Virus record (IMG/VR): IMGVR_UViG_3300011337_000672
Coordinates: 1-36,643 of that record
Length of the DNA: 36,643 nucleotides
Direction: 5' to 3' (one strand)
Origin: a virus
Taxonomy: Duplodnaviria; Caudoviricetes
Under the pieces are notes generated by a model. It was not told where the DNA came from, made no database searches, and saw only the letters and a list, made by a program, of their open reading frames with translations. A program made the translations under genes and the position numbers. How positions within the stretch are numbered: position 1 is the first letter of the stretch; each line of letters starts with the position of its first letter. Shown in pieces: positions 7,471 through 15,206 of this stretch.

Positions 7471-8408
7471 AGGTTCTTATTTCAGGTTGTTTTGGATTTA
7501 TTGCTTCTAATCTTATTCCATTTCTTCTAAATAAAGGAAATATAGAAGTCATAGGAATAGACAACTTGCTTAATCCATCAATTGATCCAAGCTCTAGAAT
7601 TAAATCAAATTGTAATCCAGGATCTTGGGAAAGGTTTAAATTTTGGAATGCTGATATTAGAGACTTACAAAATATTTACTCAATTCTTATTAATGAAAAA
7701 CCTGATTATGTAATTCACTTAGCAGCTCTTGGTTCTGTTCCAAGGTCTTGGGATCAACCAGGAGTTGTCACAGATATTAATGAGCGTGGATTTATTAATA
7801 TGCTCCAAGCCTCAACAGCAACTAAGGTAAAGAGATTCGTCTTTGCATCTTCTAGCTCAGTCTATGGACCTACAGATAAGAATATTAAATGGGAAGGATC
7901 ACAATTATTCCCCGCAAGTCCATATGCTTTAACTAAAGTTAATAATGAACGATTCTGTGATCTATGGTGTGGAAATATGGGAATGGAGTGGATGGCTTTG
8001 AGGTTCTTTAATGTTTATGGACCAGGGCAAAGATTTGATTCTAACTACTCAGCAGTGATCCCTAAGTTTATTAAAGAAGAAACAATAAATATAAATGGTG
8101 ATGGTTTAACAATTAGAGATTTCACTTACGTCAGTGATGTTTGTTATTATTTATTTCAAAGTCTTATATCTAAAAAGCATAGTCTCGCTGTAAATATTGG
8201 TTCAGGCTATGGGACAAATTTAAATAAACTCGCTGAGATTATATCTGAAAGATTTAAAAAAGAAAAAGTCTATAAAGATCCTCGTCCTAATGATGCAAAA
8301 ATATCAATCGCAGATACCGCAAGACTATTTGAAACATTAGGGGAAATTAAAATGACATCTATTGAGCAAGGTCTATCTAAAACTATGTACTATTATGATT
8401 CTCTATGA
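7467..8408 (+). CDS. NAD-dependent nucleotide-sugar epimerase/dehydratase (WbpP-like extended SDR)
   Basis: SGCFGFIAS, HLAALGSVPRS, ASSSSVYG, SPYALTK (YxxxK), FNVYGP...YSAVIPKF. Confidence 0.9.
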   Translation: MKVLISGCFGFIASNLIPFLLNKGNIEVIGIDNLLNPSIDPSSRIKSNCNPGSWERFKFWNADIRDLQNIYSILINEKPDYVIHLAALGSVPRSWDQPGVVTDINERGFINMLQASTATKVKRFVFASSSSVYGPTDKNIKWEGSQLFPASPYALTKVNNERFCDLWCGNMGMEWMALRFFNVYGPGQRFDSNYSAVIPKFIKEETININGDGLTIRDFTYVSDVCYYLFQSLISKKHSLAVNIGSGYGTNLNKLAEIISERFKKEKVYKDPRPNDAKISIADTARLFETLGEIKMTSIEQGLSKTMYYYDSL

Positions 8409-8782
8409 GTAAAGGGCCAACAAAGACTTCATTCAAGCGTGGAGAAAACGGTTATCAAAAAACCGTTCCGAAAGACTTACAAGAGGCTCGTAAACTAACT
8501 AAAGTAGAAATTGAGTTAATACTAAATAAGTATCTTCATATGCAAATCGGTGAGTTGATGGCTCAGGTTAAAGATCCAATGAAGCCAACTCTTGAAGTCT
8601 TAGTCATGTCTGTTTTAATTACTGCGATTAAAAAAGGTGATCATGATAAATTAAATTTTGTTTTTGATAGATTAGTTGGTAAAGTTAAAGATAATGTTGA
8701 CCATACAATTAAATTATCGTTTCATGAGCAGTGTGTCGATTTTATCGAATCAATCGAAGCTAAATACGACCGAATCGAATAG
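8405..8782 (+). CDS. Putative terminase small subunit
   Basis: Position upstream of TerL; TSFKRGENG resembles the FKPGxSGN N-terminus; helical body ending DRLVGK. Confidence 0.55.
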   Translation: MSKGPTKTSFKRGENGYQKTVPKDLQEARKLTKVEIELILNKYLHMQIGELMAQVKDPMKPTLEVLVMSVLITAIKKGDHDKLNFVFDRLVGKVKDNVDHTIKLSFHEQCVDFIESIEAKYDRIE

Positions 8783-8797
8783 AGAGGAGAAATTACA

Positions 8798-8905
8798 ATG
8801 CCAAAGAAAACTAAAGCTACAAAAACAAAACCAGTTAAGAAAATGGCCGCCAAAAAAATGGCCAACGATAAAATGCCTTGTAAAGCAATGTCTAAAAAGA
8901 AGTAA
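8798..8905 (+). CDS. 35-aa Lys-rich peptide MPKKTKATKTKPVKKMAAKKMANDKMPCKAMSKKK, not in the ORF track
   Basis: SD AGGAG upstream; 14 Lys in 35 aa. Confidence 0.65.
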   Translation: MPKKTKATKTKPVKKMAAKKMANDKMPCKAMSKKK

Positions 8906-8912
8906 CTTAAAT

Positions 8913-8956
8913 AGGGCCGGTCTTTCTCTCTACCAATCCCGAGAAGGATCGGCCTT
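8913..8956 (+). promoter_or_regulatory. Stable hairpin covering the likely terL ribosome-binding site
   Basis: GGCCGGTCTTTCTC pairs with GAGAAGGATCGGCC; ends 3 nt before the ATG at 8960; no U-tract. Confidence 0.6.
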
Positions 8957-8959
8957 GAT

Positions 8960-10456
8960 ATGAATGATAAAATAAAAAAAATATTAGCAAATAAATCCTG
9001 GCGTTTAAAAAATCTCTACAAAATAGTTGATAAACACGGAAAAAAAGTAAACTTCACGCCTAACTCAGTTCAAAAATTAATTAATATAGAAACTGCAAAC
9101 AGAAAAATAATTCTTAAAGCCCGTCAATTCGGAGTATCTACAAATGAACTTATTAAGATGCTCGACTTCGTTTGTTTTAGAAGAAACATGACTGCTTGTA
9201 TAATAGCCCATGAGAATGATGCTATTGCAAAGTTATTTCGAATTGTTCGCCACGCCTATGAAAATATGCCTGATAGTATTAAGCCAGAGCCATCTAAGGG
9301 AGGTGGTTCAATATATGAGCTATATTTCCCTAAAATTAATTCAAGGATATATTGTGATCTAGAGTCTCGCGGTAATACTAACCAATGGCTTCACGTATCA
9401 GAAGCAGCCTTCATGAAAGACTCGTCTAAACTTAAATCTACTCTTCAATCGGTTCCGTTGGGTGAAGGAATAGTAACAATAGAGACGACACCGAACGGTT
9501 TAGGAAATTATTTCTATGATCTTTGGAATGATAAAGATTCAACTTATAAAAATCTTTTTTATCCATGGTATGTATTTCCATCATATAGATTAAAAACAAA
9601 TGAAAAATTAATTCTTACAGAAGAAGAAGTTATTCTAAAAGAAAAGGCCAAAAGGCTATTTAATGTAGACATAGACAATGAACAAATTGCATTTAGACGT
9701 TTTAAAAAATCAGAATTAAAACCATCAAGTCACGACAAGACTAGAGTTACATTCGAACAAGAGTATCCAGAAGATGAAGAGACTTGTTTCTTAGCAAGTG
9801 GTCAGAGGTTTGTTTATCCAATGACAATTCTAGAACAAAGACAAAGAGCAAAGAAGCCAATACTAGAAAAGGACGGTTTTGTTATTTTTGAGAAACCTGA
9901 TAAAAATAAGATTTATGTCTGTGGTGCTGACGTTTCAGAAGGTATATCTAAAGACTTTTCTAGTGGAGTATTAATGGAACTTCGTACAAGAGAAGTCATT
10001 GCAACTATTCGGGGAAAATATAAACCAGAAGATTTCGCAGATAAACTTGCATATTTATGCATGCAGTATGCAGCACCAGGAAAGTCACCGCCAGAATTAG
10101 CAGTTGAAAGAAATAATCATGGTCATACTGTACTTTATCGTCTTGATGAACATTGTAAATACAGAAACATCTATCTTGATAAAGATGATGAGCGTCCAGG
10201 TTGGAAAACAACTGCAATCAGTAGACCGATGATGATCGATGAATTCATAGATGCTTTTGAAAATAAAATTATAAAAGTAAATGACGAAATAATATTAAAT
10301 GAAGTTCAAACTTTAGTTGATAACAATGGAAAAATTGAGGCCGCTTCTGGTAAAAACGATGATACCATCATAGCATGTTCAATAGCATTGCAATTATGTA
10401 AGAAATCAAGCATCATAGACTTGTACGAAGACATAGAATCAAAAATTATTCTCTAG
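8960..10456 (+). CDS. terL: Terminase large subunit
   Basis: Walker A ILKARQFGVST, Walker B LHVSEAAF, ETTPNG coupling motif, RNase H-like GADVSEG...DFS, NDDTIIA. Confidence 0.95.
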   Translation: MNDKIKKILANKSWRLKNLYKIVDKHGKKVNFTPNSVQKLINIETANRKIILKARQFGVSTNELIKMLDFVCFRRNMTACIIAHENDAIAKLFRIVRHAYENMPDSIKPEPSKGGGSIYELYFPKINSRIYCDLESRGNTNQWLHVSEAAFMKDSSKLKSTLQSVPLGEGIVTIETTPNGLGNYFYDLWNDKDSTYKNLFYPWYVFPSYRLKTNEKLILTEEEVILKEKAKRLFNVDIDNEQIAFRRFKKSELKPSSHDKTRVTFEQEYPEDEETCFLASGQRFVYPMTILEQRQRAKKPILEKDGFVIFEKPDKNKIYVCGADVSEGISKDFSSGVLMELRTREVIATIRGKYKPEDFADKLAYLCMQYAAPGKSPPELAVERNNHGHTVLYRLDEHCKYRNIYLDKDDERPGWKTTAISRPMMIDEFIDAFENKIIKVNDEIILNEVQTLVDNNGKIEAASGKNDDTIIACSIALQLCKKSSIIDLYEDIESKIIL

Positions 10457-10487
10457 TTAAATAAAAAATATTGATACGTGAGGACTA

Positions 10488-13400
10488 ATGGCCGAAGATT
10501 TAAATGCTCCAAAGAGTTCTAATTCAGACAATTTAATATCTGAGGCTTATTTCGGTCTTGTCGAAGAGACTTATTTTAAATCACCTTTAGTAGAAAAATC
10601 ATATAAAGCACCATTTAACTCCGATGATCTTTGGCAAAAAACTGGTGATTATTCTATATATGAAGAAATGCTTCAAGATGATCAAGTCTCTATTTGCTCA
10701 AAACTTAAGAAAGATCTTATTCTAGGAAGTGGTTTTGATATTGTTCCAGATGGTGACGAAGATCAAGAAGACATAATTGAATTTCTTAATAAATCTTTTG
10801 GTCAAGAAATGGACTCAATATTCGTAAACAGATTAGAAGAAATGCTTCAATGCTATGACTTCGGTTTTTCTTTAACCGAGAAAATATTTAAAAAACTATC
10901 CAGTGGAATGATAACACTGAAAGAATTAAAAACACGTCATCCTAATTCATGGACATTGTTTCAAGATGATTTCGGTAATGTGATAAAATATGAGCAATCT
11001 ACTGTTAAAGGAAATATCGAAGTTCCTAAAAGTAAATTAATTCATATGATAGCTAATGAAAAGTTTCAAAATCCTTACGGAACCTCTGATCTTCGAGCTT
11101 GCTACAATGCCTATTTTGCTAAAAGACAAGTGATTAGATACTATGCAATATTTATGGAAAAATCTGCTTCCCCTATTCCTGTTGCAAAGTATGATAAGAA
11201 TGCGCCTCAATCTGCAGTCAATAAAATCTTTGATATCATAAAAAGATTTCAAACAAAAACGGCGATCGCCATACCTAAAGAAATAGAACTAGAATTCCTA
11301 GAGTCCAAAAGTGCAGGAGAGGCCTATTCAAAGGCAATCAATATCTTCAATATGTTTATAGGTCGAGCTCTATTTGTTCCTGATCTTTTAGGACTTACAG
11401 GTAGCGAAACTGGAGGAGGTTCATTTTCTCTAGGTAAAGAACAAATTAAAATTTTCTTTATGCATATTAATAGAAGACGATCTTATTTAGAATCAATCGT
11501 GCAAAAGAATTTTATCGAACCAATAGTTAAATACAATTTCGGTGAATTAGAATATTACCCTTGTTTTAAATTTAAACCTCTTGATGACATGGAAGCTGTA
11601 GAACTAGCTAAGGTTTGGCTTGATGCTGTTAAATCAAGAGTATTTAAACCATCAGAAGAAGAAGTAAATTACTTTAGATCACTTTGTAAGTTTCCTGAAG
11701 GAGAAGTTGATTTTCAACAACCAGCTTTAAATCCTTTACAAGCACAATCACAAACAGGATTAGATCAACAAAGTAAAACAAATACTCAGGAAATAGATAA
11801 CGAAGAAACTGATAAAGAAGTTGAAACAGAAGATAAAAAAGAATTTGGAAAAGTATATAATCTTCCTAAAGGTGATTACTATAAAAAAGTAGACTTTAAA
11901 GCTATTGAGAACAAACTTAATGATTATGATAAGAGTGTTATAAACGAGGCAAGGCCTGTTATTAATAAAATATACTCGGATATTTATGATCAGATAGCTA
12001 AGAAGAAAATCTTAGAGAAAAAGGACATAGAAAAAGCTGATACTATTCAAGTTAAATATCTAAAAGAACTAAAAACAATACTTAAGTCTAGCTTTATGGG
12101 AATATATAAAGATGGACAAGTACAAGCTCAAAGTGAATTAGATAAGTCTAATTTTACTCAACCAACAACCTCACAAGAGTTCTTAGATTTACTTGAACAA
12201 GAAACTTTCGCTTACATTGGTGATTGGCAATATGGAATTACTAAAGAAGTTAGACAACAATTAATAATTGCAATTAAAGATGGAAGACCACTTTCTTCTG
12301 TAATTGATATTTTAGATGACGAGGGTAAGAAATTAAGTGAGCAAAGTTTAGAAAGATACTCTCGAACCAAACACACAGAAGTCATGAATAGAGGACGTTT
12401 AGAATATTTTGATTCAACTGATATTGTAGCAGCTTATCAATACAGCGCTGTTCTTGATGATAGAACTTGTTTTTCTGGAGAAACAGAAGTAGTTATGTCT
12501 GATCTAAGTCTTAAACCAATTAACAAAATAAGACCTGGTGATTGGATTATAAGTGGAACAGGAAAACCAAGGCGAGTTAAAGCATGTAAGATCTCTATCG
12601 GAAATGAATGGAGACGAATTAACGTGGGCGAAAAGAAACAAGTATGCGCGACAATTAACCATCCTTTCTGGAAAATTCAGCAAGGAGGCTCTCGATGGAT
12701 GGAATGCAAAGACTTGTCGAAAAACGACTCAATTGGAAGAATTGAATTGCAAAAATTGCAAAAAATTATTTTTGAGAAACAAGAATTCGAGGAAACAAAA
12801 GTTTTGCAGTCAGAAATGTTATTTTCACAGGAAAAAAGCTGTGATGATCGACAGAGAATGCATACAATGCAAGAAAGTCTTTCAAGTTCACAAAAGTTGG
12901 TTGAATGCGAATCCGAAAGGAGCAAAATTTTGCAGCATAAAATGCCAACGACTAAAGAAGTCTCATGGATTGAACCCAGACGATTTAATAAAGAAATGTC
13001 TAACTTGCAACAAAGAATTCAAGATCAAGCCGAAAGAAGCTCTGACGAAAAACAGAATTCATTGCAGCAACGAATGCAGGAAAAGAAGACTGAAAAAAAT
13101 CTGTCCAACGTGCAATATGGAATTCGAAACGAAAAAAAGCAATCAATCGATACATTGCAGCCTAAGTTGTTATCGGAAATCAGAGATGGAAACTACTTTA
13201 GAAATAATGGCGAGGAAAGAATTATCTCTCCTGAATATTCCATTTCAACAGGAAGTAAAGATTGGGAGATTCTCAATAGACTTTGTGATAATGAACAAAA
13301 TAGCTATAGAGATGAACGGGAAATATTGGCATCAGAAAAGAGTCATTTCAGATCAGAGAAAAAAGAAAATGATAGAACAGAGCGGAATGAAGATGATAAC

Positions 13401-13796
13401 CATTTTAACAGATCATTGGACAGAGGATACGAGAATAGAATTATTAAGGAAACTTATAGTGGAAATATACCAACTCCAACAAAAGAAATAAATATAATTT
13501 CAATTGAAGATTATAAAATAGAAGATTTATGTTTTGATATTGAAATAGAAGATGATCATTCTTTCCTAGTAACAGACTTAGGAATAATTGTACATAATTC
13601 TGATATATGCCGTGGACTTCATGGAAAGATCTTTAAGCGAGGACAAGAAGTTGTCCCTCCACTTCACTTTAATTGCAGAAGTGTTTTAGTTCCAATTACT
13701 AAATATGAGGATTGGGAAGCTGATACTCACGTTGGTAAAACACCTATCACTGATTTTATAGATGAGAATGTCGGTAAAGGTTTTTCAATTAAATAA
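10488..13796 (+). CDS. Portal protein (DUF935/Mu gp29-like) fused to a MuF-like minor head domain, intein-containing (about 725 aa after splicing)
   Basis: Follows terL; YDFGFSLTEK, NPYGTSDL portal motifs; MuF motifs RTKHTEVMN, YSAVLDDRT|SDICRGLHG, PPLHFNCRS. Confidence 0.9.
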   Translation: MAEDLNAPKSSNSDNLISEAYFGLVEETYFKSPLVEKSYKAPFNSDDLWQKTGDYSIYEEMLQDDQVSICSKLKKDLILGSGFDIVPDGDEDQEDIIEFLNKSFGQEMDSIFVNRLEEMLQCYDFGFSLTEKIFKKLSSGMITLKELKTRHPNSWTLFQDDFGNVIKYEQSTVKGNIEVPKSKLIHMIANEKFQNPYGTSDLRACYNAYFAKRQVIRYYAIFMEKSASPIPVAKYDKNAPQSAVNKIFDIIKRFQTKTAIAIPKEIELEFLESKSAGEAYSKAINIFNMFIGRALFVPDLLGLTGSETGGGSFSLGKEQIKIFFMHINRRRSYLESIVQKNFIEPIVKYNFGELEYYPCFKFKPLDDMEAVELAKVWLDAVKSRVFKPSEEEVNYFRSLCKFPEGEVDFQQPALNPLQAQSQTGLDQQSKTNTQEIDNEETDKEVETEDKKEFGKVYNLPKGDYYKKVDFKAIENKLNDYDKSVINEARPVINKIYSDIYDQIAKKKILEKKDIEKADTIQVKYLKELKTILKSSFMGIYKDGQVQAQSELDKSNFTQPTTSQEFLDLLEQETFAYIGDWQYGITKEVRQQLIIAIKDGRPLSSVIDILDDEGKKLSEQSLERYSRTKHTEVMNRGRLEYFDSTDIVAAYQYSAVLDDRTCFSGETEVVMSDLSLKPINKIRPGDWIISGTGKPRRVKACKISIGNEWRRINVGEKKQVCATINHPFWKIQQGGSRWMECKDLSKNDSIGRIELQKLQKIIFEKQEFEETKVLQSEMLFSQEKSCDDRQRMHTMQESLSSSQKLVECESERSKILQHKMPTTKEVSWIEPRRFNKEMSNLQQRIQDQAERSSDEKQNSLQQRMQEKKTEKNLSNVQYGIRNEKKQSIDTLQPKLLSEIRDGNYFRNNGEERIISPEYSISTGSKDWEILNRLCDNEQNSYRDEREILASEKSHFRSEKKENDRTERNEDDNHFNRSLDRGYENRIIKETYSGNIPTPTKEINIISIEDYKIEDLCFDIEIEDDHSFLVTDLGIIVHNSDICRGLHGKIFKRGQEVVPPLHFNCRSVLVPITKYEDWEADTHVGKTPITDFIDENVGKGFSIK
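12695..12745 (+). CDS. Putative 16-aa leader peptide MDGMQRLVEKRLNWKN in the third frame inside the intein
   Basis: AAGGAGG at 12682-12688, 6-nt spacer, ATG; its TGA overlaps the nuclease TTG as TTGA. Confidence 0.5.
   Translation: MDGMQRLVEKRLNWKN
12742..13491 (+). CDS. Nested out-of-frame endonuclease: 4x CxxCxxxF...CSxxC Zn fingers + DUF559/Vsr-like nuclease domain, 249 aa
   Basis: +1 frame relative to the portal; CKNC/CIQC/CLTC/CPTC units; ETTLE...FQQEVKIGRFSIDF...IAIEMNGKYWH...DQRKKK; TTG start directly precedes the first finger (frame is open from 12553). Confidence 0.82.
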   Translation: MNCKNCKKLFLRNKNSRKQKFCSQKCYFHRKKAVMIDRECIQCKKVFQVHKSWLNANPKGAKFCSIKCQRLKKSHGLNPDDLIKKCLTCNKEFKIKPKEALTKNRIHCSNECRKRRLKKICPTCNMEFETKKSNQSIHCSLSCYRKSEMETTLEIMARKELSLLNIPFQQEVKIGRFSIDFVIMNKIAIEMNGKYWHQKRVISDQRKKKMIEQSGMKMITILTDHWTEDTRIELLRKLIVEIYQLQQKK

Positions 13797-13816
13797 AGAT
13801 ATGAAAGGGATTTTAT

Positions 13817-14161
13817 ATGTCAGTTTCGCCATTAGATATTTCAACACATACGCTACACTCAGCAGTTAACCTAACAACAGGCTTCTCTAGTACTCCTATG
13901 AATAGAGATGCCATGAGCGGATATGCTCTACTTATTAAAACAACAATAAACACAACGACAAGCTCAGTTATTTATAATCTACAAGCATCAATCGACGGCA
14001 CTACTTACGTCGGTGTTGATGGATCAACAACAACGGTCTCCTCAACTGGTAACTTACTTTATGATGTAGATACTCCACATTATAACTATGTACTAGTTCA
14101 ATGTACTGCAACCACTGCACATTTTAATGTCACAATAACAGCTAGAGCGATAAGGATTTAA
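13817..14161 (+). CDS. Thr/Ser-rich putative virion protein
   Basis: SD AAAGGGA; beta-rich; LQASIDGTTY motif. Confidence 0.65.
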   Translation: MSVSPLDISTHTLHSAVNLTTGFSSTPMNRDAMSGYALLIKTTINTTTSSVIYNLQASIDGTTYVGVDGSTTTVSSTGNLLYDVDTPHYNYVLVQCTATTAHFNVTITARAIRI

Positions 14162-14163
14162 TC

Positions 14164-14994
14164 ATGCCTAATTTTATTAAACTTCCGGCTAAATCGACAT
14201 TGCTACAAGTAGATAAGTTCTCGTCAAGTGGAACATGGACAAAGCCATCGTGGGCAAGATCAGTACAAGTCATTGGTGTTGGCGGAGGTGGTGGTGGGGG
14301 GTCTGGTAGAAAAGGTCCCTCTGGTGGTACGCGGTATGGGGGTATAGGAGGCGGCGGTGGAGGTTCTGGATCTATCATTCTTAATTGTTCGACTATAACC
14401 TCCACAGTAACAGTAACCATTGGCACTGGAGGAAGTGGAGCTGCTTCTCAGACAACAAACAGTACAAATGGTTCTGCAGGAACCGCTGGTGGAGATACAT
14501 CTTTTGGGACGTATGCTACATTTTATGGGGGTCTTGGGGGTCAGGCAGGGTCAAACTTAGTGGATGGGACTGGTACAGCTAGACCAGGGTCTTCTCCTGC
14601 GAATGTTCCCAATTTATCGACAGTTGCGCCAGTTAAAGCTTCTGGAGGATATTCTCAACCTGGAGGTACAGGTGGAGGAGTATCTACATCTAACACAGGA
14701 CTAGCTGGAGCTAACGGAGGAGATTCTCTTTATGCTCTTGGCGGAGCTGGAGGAGCTATAAGCACTGGAGGTTCTGTAGGAACATCCGTAGGAACTATCA
14801 TAGGAGAAAATATTTTTGGCGGTGGCGGAGGCGGTGGTGGTGGATCAAACACTACTAACGCGGGCGCGGGCGCTAATGGTGGTAATTATGGAGCTGGAGG
14901 AGGTGGCGGTGGAGCATCTACTGACTCTGTAGGAAACTCTGGAGCAGGAGGAAATGGATCCAATGGATACTTAGTTGTAGTATCTTTTGCATAA
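14164..14994 (+). CDS. Glycine-rich fibre-like virion protein
   Basis: FSSSGTWTKP...VGGGGGGGSG start and GGNGSNGYLVVVSF end of the phage Gly-rich domain. Confidence 0.75.
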   Translation: MPNFIKLPAKSTLLQVDKFSSSGTWTKPSWARSVQVIGVGGGGGGGSGRKGPSGGTRYGGIGGGGGGSGSIILNCSTITSTVTVTIGTGGSGAASQTTNSTNGSAGTAGGDTSFGTYATFYGGLGGQAGSNLVDGTGTARPGSSPANVPNLSTVAPVKASGGYSQPGGTGGGVSTSNTGLAGANGGDSLYALGGAGGAISTGGSVGTSVGTIIGENIFGGGGGGGGGSNTTNAGAGANGGNYGAGGGGGGASTDSVGNSGAGGNGSNGYLVVVSFA

Positions 14995-15007
14995 ATAAGG
15001 GGATTTT

Positions 15008-15205
15008 ATGAATAAATATGCAATGATTAATAGAGAAACAAATATAGTTGAAAATAAAATAGTATGGGATGGAATTTCTAAATATGAATGTCATCATGGA
15101 TGTTATTTAGTACAACTAGAAGAATCTGATTTTGTTGATATTGGTTATTTATATGATCCATTATTAAAAACATATACTAATTTAAAACCCGAGGAGGTAA
15201 CTTAA
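15008..15205 (+). CDS. Small protein accompanying the Gly-rich fibre (possible chaperone)
   Basis: YAMIN...IVENKIVWDG...VDIGYLYD pattern seen after Gly-rich fibre genes. Confidence 0.6.
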   Translation: MNKYAMINRETNIVENKIVWDGISKYECHHGCYLVQLEESDFVDIGYLYDPLLKTYTNLKPEEVT

Positions 15206-15206
15206 T

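Larger units (their letters stand above)
12468..13598 (+). mobile_element. Intein, 377 aa (precursor residues 661-1037), in the MuF domain
   Basis: Block A CFSGETEV, block B ATINHPF (TxxH), block F CFDIEIEDDHSF, block G IIVHN followed by Ser+1; removal restores DDRT-SDIC. Confidence 0.93.

Noticed and set aside
8676-8963. 95-aa ORF bridging terS and terL
   Set aside because: Overlaps terS and a better-supported Lys-rich ORF with its own SD, and runs through the hairpin
12553-12741. N-terminal extension of the nested nuclease from GTG 12553
   Set aside because: Overlaps the conserved intein N-domain, has no motif and no clear SD; TTG 12742 fits the domain boundary better, though this start is not excluded
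14142-14426. Pro-rich antisense ORF
   Set aside because: Mirror of GGN glycine codons on the sense strand
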